The translations under genes and the position numbers were made by a program. Shown piece by piece: positions 44,379 through 59,799 of a stretch of DNA of 64,000 nucleotides (its first letter is position 1; each line of letters opens with the position of its first letter). The stretch comes from Eledone cirrhosa (Eukaryota): positions 256,308,001 to 256,372,000 of the forward strand of contig OZ024742.1 of the NCBI GenBank assembly GCA_964016885.1. The letters are read 5' to 3'. The notes under the pieces are model-generated. The model was not told the origin of the DNA, did not search any database, and saw only the letters and a list, made by a program, of their open reading frames with translations.

Positions 44379-45328
44379 GAATAATAAATAAGCACTTTCC
44401 AGATTCACATAGATACACCAAAATCCTTAACACTAAATCTATTAGACTATCTTACTCCACGGCACCAAATATAGAGGCACACATTAAGATGCTTAACGCT
44501 AAAAGATACATAATAACACCAAAACACAAATTTACAACAATAACAATACAATCACCACCGAACACAACAGAATATCTAATACACAACCACCGCTAATAGG
44601 CAAACAAAACGTAACACTTGTACAGGCATCGCAGCCCAGAAATAATGCCAAAGTTGCCCATGACAAGAACTGTAACTGCCACCTACCTGAAGCCTGTCCA
44701 TTACATAATGAATGAATGCAGTTTGACCTGGTTTTACCAATGCACAGTGGAATCAGAAAACCAGAAAAGGTATTACATCGGAGCGACTGGGAATACATTT
44801 AAAACCCGTTGGTATACACACCGTTACGCAATGAAACATTCCCAGCACCGTTATGTAACTACCCTTGCAAACAAGACCAAGCAACTGAGGTAAAGTAACC
44901 ATCAATACACTCTGAAGTGGAAAAATTATCGAACGCGCCCCAATATCGGAGTGGTATGAGAAGCTGTCGATTATGCGACCTTGAGCTGTTCCACATCTTA
45001 AGTTCGAAGTATACGTTACTCAACAATAAAATCGAAAGATCTATCTATTGTAACCATAGACTCAAAGAGAAGGTTTCGCACTACAAATCAAACCCTTTAC
45101 CTCTTACTACCAACTGACAAACTGAATATACTTAGACTTTATACCCTTTAGTTGTATCTAAACCCTTTTAATTACCCACAAAAGCAATACATATATCCCT
45201 CTCTTCTGCCTCATACCTCTTCTATTTCTTCGTTTTCTTCCTTCCTTCGCTCCCCTTCTTGTTATATTTTCTTTTCTTCTTTCTCACCCCCTTCTTTGTT
45301 TTTATGTTTGTCATTTTATCTTTATCAT

Positions 45329-45416
<88 letters not shown>

Positions 45417-46242
45417 TTCGTTTCTGAATTTGTTTCGCAACATTCTTTATCTGAAAACGTGTGTTGAAACCGATAGTTTTATACTTTGGAAGGGTCATGT
45501 TGCCAATAAGAAACACACGCACCAGTTGCTTTCACTTCAATTTATTATAATAAGAAACAAGATGGCGTAGGACAGAACAAAGGAGAGGCACAAAAACCAA
45601 GATGAGAATCCCCAGTCATTGAAGAGGTCACAGAATGTGAGACGAAAGAACTTTGACAATATATAAACAATCATCTGGTTGTGGAACCAACCAACCAACC
45701 AACCAACCAACCAACCAACCGGAAATTTATAAATTCCTAAATTTATATATTTATTATAATAAATTGAAGTGAAAACACTGGTGCGTGTGTTTCTTATTGG
45801 CAACATGACCCTCCCAAAGTAGAACTATATATATATACATTTATCGCTTTATATCCCCCCTCTCTCTCTCCCTCTCTATCCATCCCTCCCACTATGATCA
45901 ATTTAATTCTCTTTAACTCACTACATTCCACGACATGAAGTCTGCTATCAAAACTGACCAAGGAATCCTTCCACCTCCACCCCTCCCTCCATCTCAGTTT
46001 GTCACTCTACTTCCTACCTCTTCCCCCTTCCTCTCTCTCTATACTATTCCGTTTGTCCCCACATCTTCTGATTGCTCTCTCTCTATACTAGTAAATACAA
46101 TTCCAAATAAATGTTTTTCTCTATATATTAAAAATTATTTCAAGAGTAACTTACTATTTTGAAAATTTGGACTGTGAACAACAATTATAATTGAGTGGCT
46201 GCTATTTGCAGTATACCTGGATAAAATCCTTCTCTTAATGCT
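44379..46242 (+). mobile_element. Inverted 3' copy (GIY-YIG plus pLTR) of the Naiad-like element
   Basis: Reverse complement of 41626-43034 with substitutions. Reads YYIGATGNTFKTRWYTH and SCRLCDLE. Contains an extra insertion at about 45335-45830. Confidence 0.88.
45415..45828. mobile_element. Foldback insertion in a TA tract of the Naiad-like pLTR
   Basis: About 78-bp inverted repeat (45474-45552 versus 45751-45828), absent from the sister arm. Internal (CCAA)n. Confidence 0.7.
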
Positions 46243-46679
46243 TACCTGTGTTTTCTCTTTAATACTTTATACTCCAAGATTGAACGGAATTCTTACAAAC
46301 TTGTGGAGTTACACCTAACCGTACGTTGAAACCATCCATGAAACTGGCTTTCTTAACCAAGAACTGGATCACAATAAGCAATTTTTTGCTTCTCTAACTA
46401 TATATAACGTTTTTCGAATAAGATGGAAAGCCTTCCACTTCGACCATGCGGGTGCTGCTGACTCCGGAAGTACAGCAAACATATATGGATTTACCACCTG
46501 CAACGTTTTTCGAAATATTTACTTCTGCGTTCACAGATTGAATTTCTTTAGTTTCAGAAGATACCGTTAAGGGTGAAAGTAGCGATTATTTGCTCAAACT
46601 TTAATCTGTTATTTTATAAATATTTGCTCTACATTTCTAGATTTAAAATTTATTTCTGGGTTCATTCTACATATAACAC

Positions 46680-47420
46680 ATCTCTTAAACAGTGGGTTTT
46701 CTTAAAGGTGTAGGATTTGCTGATCAGGGATTTTATGGTTGTTCTTGGCTTTTCTACAACTTTAATCTTTAGACTTGTCTTCCTTAGGGGCTTTCTACAT
46801 TGGTTAGCTGATTTCCCTCCAGGGGTTCCATACACGAACATGACATTCTGGTATCTATCATTGCGTTCCCTGAAAATGTTCTGTGTTACTGATTCATTAT
46901 TGCAAATCGGAAGAGAAGAAATAACGAAAATTATGGAACCTAAATTATAATTAATTAATTGATTGGTTGTTTAATTGTTTGCTTGAAAACCTTATTGAGA
47001 GCTACCTTTGAGGCTGTGAATAAATTCCTTTGTTCACACTTTGTTCACCAAAACCCTGATGTGACCTTCCTTCCTATTTGAGAAAGAACACGTGACCTCA
47101 CTGCCAAATTTACTAATAGAGTCGAAAGGCAATTTTGTTTCATATCCCGTAGAAAGTCGATACTCTAACACAAGACCTGTTGATGAAATTAAATCCCCGT
47201 TCCAGCTTAGGATATATTACTGTCTTTCATATACATTACGTAACTTGGAGTGTAACATCTTTCCTAGAAACCTATCGAAGATATTTATCGATTAATATCT
47301 AATACCTATCGATCATGTACAGGTTTGTCTTTAACTTATCTGTATGTTTCGATGTGGTAATATTAAATTGGCAACATGCCTCTGGTCGCATTTTTCATTA
47401 TGTCAATATTACCTAACCTA
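46680..47420 (-). mobile_element. Degenerate PLE fragment, probably Nematis-like RT-EN linker
   Basis: Minus strand reads MFVYGTPGGEIS...KTSLKIKVVEKPRTTIKSLISKSYTFKKTHC, resembling the FVPxTPGGEL...IKVVE...PF..C linker. Confidence 0.45.
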
Positions 47421-47569
47421 TTGTGTTTACTCTGAGAAATCAATTGTTTGATTTCTCTCTCACTAAGTGGTTTGTGCCAGCCCTCAAAAATCGATTGCGA
47501 ATCTTCTACTCCCTGCTGCAACTTCGGTTATATTCATTACAAGCAGAATGGCCGGCGTTGCTCGGGATT

Positions 47570-47706
47570 TGCTCTAGGATTCTTATATATTTGATATATA
47601 TTTATCCTTATCGAGCCTCGTGAAATAAATACGTTTGTTTATATTTTGTTATTGTGTATGCTAAAATATCTGTACACGAATCTATAATTATATATATCTA
47701 TATACC

Positions 47707-47760
<54 letters not shown>

Positions 47761-48140
47761 TAACAGAATAAAGTTTAAGCAAAGAATCGCTGCATTCACC
47801 CTTAACGGGGTCTTCTGAGACTAGAAAAATCAATCTGTGAACGCAGAAAATGAATCGCTGCTTTCACCCTTAACGGGATATTCTACCTAAAAGCAGTATG
47901 AAGTACACTAAGACTAACTGATGTAATTGTTGGCCTTGTTTGTTTATATTTTGTTTTTCTGTATGCAAAAATATCTGTACACGAATATCTATATTAAAAT
48001 AAAATATTAAAGTTTAAGCAAAGAATCGCTGCTTTCAACCTGAAAGGGATGTTCTGAAACTAAAAAAATCAATCTGTGAACGCATATGTAAATATTTCGA
48101 AAAAGTTGCAACAGAGGGAAAACAGGAAGACGATGCTTTG
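47570..48140. repeat. Copies of a short dispersed repeat in both orientations
   Basis: agggtgaaagcagcgattctttgcttaaacttta occurs at 37727-37760 and 46570-46603, and inverted near 47770, 47855 and 48010. Confidence 0.6.
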
Positions 48141-48147
48141 GTTCGTG

Positions 48148-48380
48148 AATTAGTAATAAAATGTATCATACCTAAACTGCTCCTAGATTCCTCGACTACG
48201 TAGTTTCGTGGCATAAACAAAAACAATACATCATAAAGATGTAGAGTCCTTGCGAGGTCTGCCGACCTATCAAGAGGATACCTCATTTTACTAGCCTCAA
48301 GAACGCGTCTACACGACGTGAGAAAGAATCCCAAAAGGCGGAGGGGGAGATAGTCACGCGATATAACGGTCGAGAAACAG
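48148..48380 (-). mobile_element. Family B fragment, diverged (HHR 48189-48278)
   Basis: Homologous to 26755-26990. Core TTGATAG; loop II hairpin tacatc/gatgta. Confidence 0.85.
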
Positions 48381-49489
<1,109 letters not shown>

Positions 49490-49597
49490 GAATAAGGGTA
49501 ATATATATCTGAGGGTACAATGTACCCCCGGAAATATATAGTGTGTCTATGATTTAAGGTGGTTCTATGGTAATAATTTGATATACCAGAACTTAAC

Positions 49598-49851
49598 ATC
49601 AAGATAAGCAGAACAAGTAAAATTCAACCAATTTTTCAAAATAAATCAAAATTAATATACAATTACTTTGCTTTTCCATTAATATCCACGTGATATCTAA
49701 TGTTTTGCAACGTGAAACTGTACAGTTAGGGCCATTTGAATAGGTAAATATTTATATTATATTTTTTAATTTTGATTAATTTTAATTGTATATTAATCTT
49801 GATTTATTTTGAAAAATTGGTTGAATTATACTTGTTCTGCTTATCTTGATA
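49598..49851. repeat. Foldback unit with about 52-bp inverted termini
   Basis: atcaagataagcagaacaagta...aaataaatcaa versus ttgatttattt...tacttgttctgcttatcttgat. Confidence 0.75.
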
Positions 49852-49944
49852 TATATGTATATATATATATATGTATGTATTATATATGTATATATCTATA
49901 TCTATATATATATATACATGTATATATATATGTATATATCTATA

Positions 49945-50452
49945 TCTAACACACACACCCACATACCCACCCACTCGCAACCCCATCATTTGCCGCTACT
50001 CTCTACGCTATAGAATATGTACGGATAGTGGCTGCAAATTCACCCATTTACCTAGGACAAAACGGTCTATCCCCACAAACAGCCACCACCATAATACATA
50101 CTCTAATTTAACACCAACACAACCACCAATAACTCAAACAAGGAATCCACAAATCTGCCGCTTTTCCCTGCGAGACAGATTGTGTTTAGACCGGGATTGT
50201 CCCTTTACCCATCTCCCGGGGACCCGTCGGACAAATGAAAATAAAATTAAAAATAAAAGCAAAAACAAAAACCATAATCTAGATAAAAATAACCACTACC
50301 ACAGTCACCAACAGTCTTCTAAACAGGAAACTTCTTCCTCTTTTTTAGCCATAATGAATCTGGCAAAAGAACTGGAAAAAAACATTCGAGCTATCACCCA
50401 GCACCACTCTCCACTATCACCCCACTGCACAAACTCCCATTGCTGCCATTAA
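49945..50452 (+). CDS. CR1-like LINE ORF1 C-terminal part with two CCCH-type fingers (5'-truncated)
   Basis: CRYSLRYRICTDSGCKFTHLP and CRFSLRDRLCLDRDCPFTHLP (C-x8-C-x4-C-x3-H), directly upstream of ORF2. Confidence 0.7.
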
Positions 50453-53142
50453 CAAACAAACAAATTAACAACACACCAAAACAATTAAAACCATCCACTC
50501 TCGCCTCTACATTTTTGCTTAACGCCCAAGGCATCAGCCCTTCCACCAATACTCAAAAATGGAAGATCAAATTCCTGGAGGACTGGATTGATGTCCATCC
50601 AAACCACATCCCTTTCTTCGTCCTCACTGAAACCCATCTCAGTAACCTCCACTTGGAAGCCGAGGTGAAAGTGAAAAATTTCAAAGCCATCCGTGCTGAT
50701 CGCGCTGGCAGAAGAAAGGGCGGGACTGCCAATTATGTCCATAATTCTTTCTCAACAGAGGCTATGAACATATTCACTAATGGATACTGCGAAGCAGTCA
50801 CTGTATTCAGTCAAACCAACAACCTAATAGTAGTTGGGCTCTATAGGCCACCCCAAACGCCTGTACCATGCTTCAAGGAATGCCTCAACAGCATAAAGTG
50901 TTTCATCCAAGAGTGTCACCCTGACAACATCTTAATGATGGGGGACTTCAACCTCCCCGGAGTTGACTGGTCCACAAACAGCCTGCCATCAGGTTCTTCT
51001 GCCTCAACCTCTGACAGGGAAGCAGTGGAATCGCTTCTTGACTTCATGGATGATTTCTTCCTATCCCAACTGGTGCTCGAACCAACGAGGTGCCACAAAA
51101 ACGTCCTAGACTTAATTTTCAGCAATCACACTGACAATATCCACAATATTGCAGTGGAGAAAACTCTACTCTCTGATCATGACATGGTTCTCTGTGATCT
51201 GAGATTCCACCGTCCAATATACAAACCCAATGTCATATCTCCTGTCCATCCGTTTGACGCTATGGATTCCCACAATGCAAACTGGGAAGCGATCAGTCAT
51301 GATCTTGCACATGTCGACTGGTCCTTCACGCACACTCATACACCCACTAACATCAAAATGTCCTGGCAGACATTTGTGGACACTGTTACAAACATATGTG
51401 CAAAACACACCCCATTAAGAACTATAAACAAATCTAAGAGAAGAATCCCTAGAAATAGAAAAACGCTCATCAGAAAAATTAAGAGAACGAACAAAAAATT
51501 CAACAAGCTGAAATACCGTCAGCAGCAACACATCAACTTGACTGCCATTTCATCACTAGAGATTAATAAACATAACCTCCAAAACAACATAATGTCTCTC
51601 ATCAACAATCAGAGAAGAGCTGAAGAGGCCTGGGCCATTGAGAAGATCAAACTCAATCCCAAAGTGTTCTTTTCACTTGCAAAAAAACACAAAATCACTG
51701 GCTCTACTGTTGGCCCTCTAATTGATGAAAATGGCACTCTTCAAGACAATGCTAAAACCATGGGTGAGATACTGCAGAAACAATACTGCTCTGTTTTCAG
51801 CAATCCTGATATGGCCGATCTGGGCTGTATCGGCGATGTTACTCCCCATTACACCTTATCGGACATAACGTTTGGCGCCCCTGATGTCTTAGCGGCAATA
51901 AAGGAAATCAAGCATAATTCAGCAGTAGGTCCCGATAGGTTCCCTGCTTGTGTCTTGAAGGCGTGTCAACACCAACTTGCATCTCCTCTTGCCAATCTGT
52001 GGCGGAACTCACTGGATGCTGGATATGTACCAGAAAACCTTCTATCCCAGTCTGTTGTCCCAGTTTTCAAAAAAGGAAACAAATCCCTTGCCGTGAATTA
52101 CCGTCCAATCTCACTCACCTCTCATATCATTAAGGTATTTGAGAGAGTGGTGAGATCGCGAATGACCCACTTCCTTGAGAGTAACAATATGGTGAACTCC
52201 AACCAGCATGGATTCCGTAATGGAAGGGATTGCCTGACGCAGCTACTGCATCACTTTGATGACATTTTGAGAGCCTTGGGAGAGGGTTCCAACACTGATG
52301 TTATCTACCTTGATTTCAGCAAGGCCTTTGACAGGGTTGATCATAACATTCTACTAAGAAAACTGTCCAATATTGGTGTCACTGGAAAGCTGCTGCAGTG
52401 GACCAAGAGCTTCCTGTCAAACAGAACCCAACATGTTGTAGTTGAAGGAGTCAAATCCAGCCCAGCCAAAGTCAGTAGTGGGGTCCCACAAGGCACTGTG
52501 TTGGGCCCACTTCTCTTCATCATCTATATTAATGACATCACTGACATCATCAAACACAGCAACATTAAAATTTTCGCTGATGATTCCAAGCTCCAAAAGG
52601 TCATCAATGGCGTGGATAACCGGATAAGCCTTCAGTCAGACCTACTGGCTGTTACCCAATGGGCGGAAAAGAACAACATGTTACTGAACGAAGACAAATT
52701 CGAACTGATCCACTTTGGAAAAGAGGATGCTCTGAAACTCCCGTACTCCCTTCCCTCCGAGGAAACTCTCGTGGCATCTAACAACATCAGAGACTTGGGA
52801 GTAACCGTGGACAGCAACATAAGCTGGGCCACGCATATAAGCAGCAAACTTGACATGGCCCGCAGAATGTGTTCCTGGATCCTCAGAACCCTCCAGTCGA
52901 GAGATTCTCACACTATTATCCTTCTCTTCTCTACTTTTGCCCGACCACACCTTGAATACTGTTGTCCACTGTGGTCTCCCCACACGAAACAAAGTATCAT
53001 GAAACTTGAAGCTCCTCAAAGGGCAATCACGAAAAAGATAGATGGCATGTCAGACCTTGACTACTGGGGTCGACTATTTTATTTTTTTGAGTTTTATTTT
53101 CCATACCACTGTCTGTACACAATCACACTCCTCCCCAAGTAA
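50440..53142 (+). CDS. CR1-like LINE ORF2 (APE endonuclease plus reverse transcriptase); homology ends near 53075
   Basis: 900-aa open frame with LLNAQG, LTETHL, YRPP, MGDFNLP, LDLIF, SDHD, NYRPISLTS, QHGFR, YLDFSKAFD, SGVPQGTVLGPLLF, FADDSK, RDLGV and RPHLEYC. Confidence 0.93.
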   Translation: MLPLTNKQINNTPKQLKPSTLASTFLLNAQGISPSTNTQKWKIKFLEDWIDVHPNHIPFFVLTETHLSNLHLEAEVKVKNFKAIRADRAGRRKGGTANYVHNSFSTEAMNIFTNGYCEAVTVFSQTNNLIVVGLYRPPQTPVPCFKECLNSIKCFIQECHPDNILMMGDFNLPGVDWSTNSLPSGSSASTSDREAVESLLDFMDDFFLSQLVLEPTRCHKNVLDLIFSNHTDNIHNIAVEKTLLSDHDMVLCDLRFHRPIYKPNVISPVHPFDAMDSHNANWEAISHDLAHVDWSFTHTHTPTNIKMSWQTFVDTVTNICAKHTPLRTINKSKRRIPRNRKTLIRKIKRTNKKFNKLKYRQQQHINLTAISSLEINKHNLQNNIMSLINNQRRAEEAWAIEKIKLNPKVFFSLAKKHKITGSTVGPLIDENGTLQDNAKTMGEILQKQYCSVFSNPDMADLGCIGDVTPHYTLSDITFGAPDVLAAIKEIKHNSAVGPDRFPACVLKACQHQLASPLANLWRNSLDAGYVPENLLSQSVVPVFKKGNKSLAVNYRPISLTSHIIKVFERVVRSRMTHFLESNNMVNSNQHGFRNGRDCLTQLLHHFDDILRALGEGSNTDVIYLDFSKAFDRVDHNILLRKLSNIGVTGKLLQWTKSFLSNRTQHVVVEGVKSSPAKVSSGVPQGTVLGPLLFIIYINDITDIIKHSNIKIFADDSKLQKVINGVDNRISLQSDLLAVTQWAEKNNMLLNEDKFELIHFGKEDALKLPYSLPSEETLVASNNIRDLGVTVDSNISWATHISSKLDMARRMCSWILRTLQSRDSHTIILLFSTFARPHLEYCCPLWSPHTKQSIMKLEAPQRAITKKIDGMSDLDYWGRLFYFFEFYFPYHCLYTITLLPK

Positions 53143-53958
53143 GCTTTGTCGGGTTGCCGGCTTAGTCACCGATCACCCAACCATGCACAGTTTGTACTGG
53201 ATTACATGTTACCAGCAGTACTGAGAGTGCTCTGAGATATAAACAATACAATAATGCGCGCGCACTGCTAATCTATCATGTAAAGAAATATTATACACAC
53301 AAATATATGACTATTAATAGAAATGACTTATATATATTACGGGAAGTTGAGTGAACTAATCGTTAGGGTGTACATGTCTTTGGATTGCTTACCATTTGCA
53401 TATTAAATTCATGAGCAGGACGTTACTAAAAGGAATACTCACTTTCGAAACCAATGGACCTCCGTTCTAGTGTTATCATTTATCGTCATTGCCCTCTGGT
53501 GTTTCTGCTAAAAGCATGTCATGTTATAGGATATTCGTCGGTATCCACGACATGGAAAACGTGTTGTTTGAATAACGGAAATGTCCGCTGAAATTAACCT
53601 GAAAGTGGCTAAGCATTCCATTTGCACGTGTGTCTCATTTAACGTATGTTTCGGGAGTTTTAATGAGACATTGCGAGTAGCAAAGAACTTTAATTACAGG
53701 TAAAACTATTTTTACCTAGCAGGGCGAACCATACAAATGTCAAACAAAAATGACTTAACTCAATGTCGCATCACATCGCTAAAATTCGAACTCACGTGCT
53801 TACGATCATGAACCGAATACACGACTTAGCAACAGGTTCTTCATCCATGGTTACATAGGATTTGTCTGGAGGTATAGAGCATCTGTTGTATTTGTAAACA
53901 TATTTATAGGTGATTGGTGTAAGTTTGGAGGAGATATACAACATGGCCAGAAATATTA

Positions 53959-54773
53959 TCTATATATATAAAACTGTGGTTGTCTGTCTGTCTATCGATT
54001 TTGGGCACACATCTCCTCTTAGAATCTCTGACGGAATTGCACCGAAATTGCTATACTTGTACATTGAGCCCTAGCGAAGACATCGGAAAAAAAAAATTTC
54101 AAATTGACCCACCCTATGTGACGAAATCGAATATAATGTATCGATTTCGAGCGTAAGTTATCAGTTATTTCCCTTTGTTCTGTTTACATTGAGCGTCTTA
54201 CGTAAAAAAATTACGCTGGCTTTCTCAGCGTTTAAAATGACATTAACACAATACACGAACAGTTGTCGAGCCAGCAAAATATTGACCTGCACAATTCATC
54301 AGTTCGAACACTAAGCTTCCGTTTCGCTTCATTTCCATTTAAAAGCATTTTAAAACAATATTTTTACTTGAAAACAAGTCTATTTAAAGACTACGTAAAA
54401 CAAGCAAATATTTCAGGCGTGCAGACAGACAGTCGTACAGAGAGGTGATATAGGCGTGCAGACAGACATAACTGATAATTTGGTTACGCTAATGTTTTTC
54501 TCTGCGTTGCAGTGTTTACATTTTCGATCTTTGTTAATAAATAACCAGTGCAGTTTTTATCCCCAGCATCCTCTTTTGTTATAACATTCGGGTTATCGTT
54601 ATGTTTTCTTAACTTCATAAGGCATATTGTTGGTTGAGGGAATATTAATCAAAAACACCACATGCAAGTCTGCACAGTAGACATTACAGTTTTTAAGCCA
54701 AAAAAGAAATTTAACATTGTAACTTTAACACAGCTACTGAGCGACCCCGAGCAACGCCGGGCTTTACTGCTAG
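53959..54773 (+). mobile_element. Non-autonomous Helitron (815 bp)
   Basis: 5' A|TCtatatatataaaa followed by (GTCT)n. Subterminal hairpin cccg-agcaacgc-cggg (54746-54761). 3' CTAG|T. No TSD. Confidence 0.8.
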
Positions 54774-55747
54774 TACTTGATATAGTGAGAACGTATTTTT
54801 TAAAAATTATTTACACTGTGAAAGCATCGATAACATTAGCGCATTCACTAATATTAAATCAATCTGATTGAGGCATTTGCAAGCGACATTGCGTGTTATC
54901 ACATCCACGTCAGTGTAGCATTATTCATTCATTAATATTATATTAATGTAAGAGTGAAAGTTACAAGCAACAAATACTATCACACTCCGGTTTATTAAGC
55001 ACTCCTCGGTGTAGCATAGTTCATTAATTACTATATATTAATGTAATATATATTAATGTAAGCGAAAATTTCTGGCACACTGGTATATTAAGGTTTCCAC
55101 GATGTAGCATAGATATGTTGGTACATAATTATAGTTTTGACGTAACTATATATAATCGAGTATATATGAACGAGTAAGTGTCTGAGTATTCTACGGATGC
55201 ATGTACAACGTCATGGAATTCTCAGAGAGGTTTAGTGTGACACTGCAAATGTAACATGACTGGCTTTACAAACAATATCCGTCCATCCAACCTGACTCAG
55301 AAGCTATGATTTGATTAATGATTCTTGTCGACGGTACTAAGCAGTTCCATAAAACTTAGTGCTCTATGTTTGCATAGCAAATATCTTAAACATTTTACCA
55401 TGCGGGGTCCACAATTATGCTAGAAGCTGATATGTATTTCAGTTATATGTAGGATTAGTGTCAGTTTTAGAGCCATTTAACGAGACACAGCCTGATAAAC
55501 CAGCCATACAAATTACTGGTACAACTGAAAATGCCACTAAGTGTTATCCAAACTTAAATCATATGATGGTGTACTTTTTAAACGTTTAAACATGCTGCCT
55601 CCAGGAATACGAAGATGTATTAAAACATCACTCACTACCAGCCGAAAAATTTGTAAAATTCTGTGAATTTATGTAGCCCGGTAGGTATATTTTGAAAATA
55701 GTCATCGAGAGAATGTATTAGTGATATACTATACTGATATATACGAA

Positions 55748-56050
55748 GGAGAGTAGCTTAGTGGTCATTGTGTTCGGTTCTTTTCGTAAGGTCGTGGAAT
55801 CAATTCAACGCGGTGCTTTGTGTTATTAAGTATGACTTGCTATTTCCCGTTGTTGCAGTTCAGACAGCTGGAAAAAGGTGTTAAATGACTAGTCTTGTCA
55901 CACACGGTACTGTGTCACGGTAAATATCCTGAGAACTATGTTAAAGGTACATGTGTCTGTGAAATGCTCATGAAATTGCGCGTACATGCTGTCTGGTTCT
56001 TTAAACTACTGAAACACCCTGCAATGTAATTGACGAAACTCCAACACACT
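55748..56050 (+). mobile_element. tRNA-derived SINE (second family, diverged)
   Basis: A-box-like tagcttagtggtca and B-box-like ggaatcaattc; body similar to 3180-3445. Confidence 0.55.
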
Positions 56051-56269
56051 CAACCGTCACAACAATCACGGTGGTTCCATATATTTGTGATTAGATTTGA
56101 CCTTCGAGGGATTTTGAATCCCTAGACGGAATTTGAACTGAGGGCATTTATGTAATCTACCATACTACTTGCGTAATAAGGAACATATTCATGCCGGAAG
56201 GGGTCGTAAACCCCTCAGTCAAGACAGGAATTGTTGGTCATAGCAAATATGCATTCAGTACACCCTAAG

Positions 56270-56482
56270 AAGTCGTTGGTGATAGGATGGTTTTCCAGCC
56301 TTTGAAAACTTGCCGAAAAAAAGGTCTAGAAAACTCTCCAACTCTATCAAATTTAGTTAAATACATCCAGTGCAGCAAAGTAAGTGGCTGTCTCGGCTAC
56401 AGCCGGTCGGAGATAACAGAAACTCCCATTAAGTATTGAATTGGTCTGTGGTCAACCACACATCACTTGTTAGAAGAGAAAC

Positions 56483-56512
<30 letters not shown>
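56270..56512 (+). mobile_element. RTE-related SINE/LINE 3' tail with (GAT)n
   Basis: gttggtgataggatggttttccagcc resembles the RTE 3' UTR at 35885; ends in (GAT)n. Confidence 0.5.
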
Positions 56513-56514
<2 letters not shown>

Positions 56515-57590
56515 CCTAATGGATATTATATCATTCTATATGGAAGTGACACCATCAGATGCTATGGTTACATCTCCGATAAGTACTTTCTTAAAATACT
56601 GTACATTTACTCAATATGCAACACAAACATGTCTATAAAATATAACTGGGATAAGAAACTATAAAGTACCGGACCTCCATCAGTTATGCCGGTGAGTATT
56701 CTATAATAGTTCTTCAATCAACAGAACAGATTGCTCCTGTAATTGACGGGCTAAGCATGTGTATCATTAATTATCTTCTAAGTGAGACTAACCCTGGTTC
56801 AGTGTGTGACCTGGTTAAACCGAAATGTGTGTTGATACTATTTATGTAGGTGCATCAGTATTTGGGAAAATGCTATTACTGTTTCATCGGTGAATTTAGA
56901 ATAGTTGGTGCCGAACATTCGTAGAGGACTTAGTTCACGTGATACTGTGATTACCATGGTAGATCGACCAAACTGGTGAAAGTTTGTTGCCATATGCACC
57001 CCAAGGGGTGGGGAGACTGAAAACTTAGAAAAAGTACTGTTTTATTACTTCTTATTATATTAGATTTTGGCAATTGGAGTATTTAGGATTAACTGTTAGT
57101 CTGGCGTATTGTTGTAGAAAAGGGTCAGACTCATTGTTTAAGCAAAAATACTATTGTTGCATTTCCTCTTTCAAGAATCTTCGTCTGTTTTATTTTTTCT
57201 GTCTGATTTATTATGTTTATATTTTCTGTTTTCTCTCTTCAATTAGTATTTCGACGTTGATTTCTGTTTTATTTCTGTGTGGTGTTGATCGTTTGTGTTT
57301 GATCTAATCTCTAGTCTTTATCAACTTGGATATTTCACTAGCGAAAATTAAGTTTGTCATTGTTTCTTGTTTCTAGTTTTATGTTGCCTTATGGGATATA
57401 TCTTTTTGCTAGAGTTTATGATTAATTTGTCGAATATATGTTGTAGACTGTTTACATTGGTGATTGAATTGTTGGTGGGTTTTGCAAAACTTAATTATGT
57501 TTTCCTCGTGGAAAAGCTTCCAAGGCTTTTATATAGTTTGAAAAAACGTTTTTTTCATTTTCTTCATTGATTTTTGTGTATGTCTATCTG

Positions 57591-59550
<1,960 letters not shown>

Positions 59551-59756
59551 AAGTATGTACACGTACATACATATATGTATACAGACGTACAGTTATATGT
59601 ATATATATATATACATACATGCACACATATATATATGCACGTATGGATTCACCGAACATTTATTATAATGCTCGGTGTGTTTGTAAAAAAACATCCCGTA
59701 TTAAGCCGTAGTGTCGAGCAAACATCGTTGCTCTTTTGTTCAACACTGACAAAGGA

Positions 59757-59799
59757 ACGCTGTACTAGTTTCAAGCTTATTAGCTATCGTCAGCAACGT
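59757..59799 (-). ncRNA. Minimal type I hammerhead ribozyme (family D)
   Basis: ACGTTG-CTGACGA-tAGCT aata AGCTt-GAAAC TA GTA/CAGCGT; palindromic ACTAGT stem III. Confidence 0.88.

Noticed and set aside
44713-44715. In-frame TGA at a conserved Cys of the Naiad-like zinc motif (CNC-HLPEA-CP-LHNE-TGA), suggesting a selenoprotein Naiad
   Set aside because: The sister arm has TGT at the same codon (42698-42700), other conserved Cys codons are normal, and both arms carry ordinary disabling mutations.
45935-45953. ATGAA-N10-AAAA resembling the 5' half of a SECIS element
   Set aside because: No downstream strand complementary to gtctgctatc ending in a GA quartet is visible in either arm.
46550-48060. 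CAGAAGA-cccc gtta agggt-GAAAGCAGCGA motif resembling an HHR
   Set aside because: U4 and the NUH site are absent in the copies seen and no stem I can be paired. Kept only as a dispersed repeat.
57060-57590. A-rich minus-strand stretch resembling a PLE ORF N-terminus
   Set aside because: Too degenerate; no diagnostic motif.
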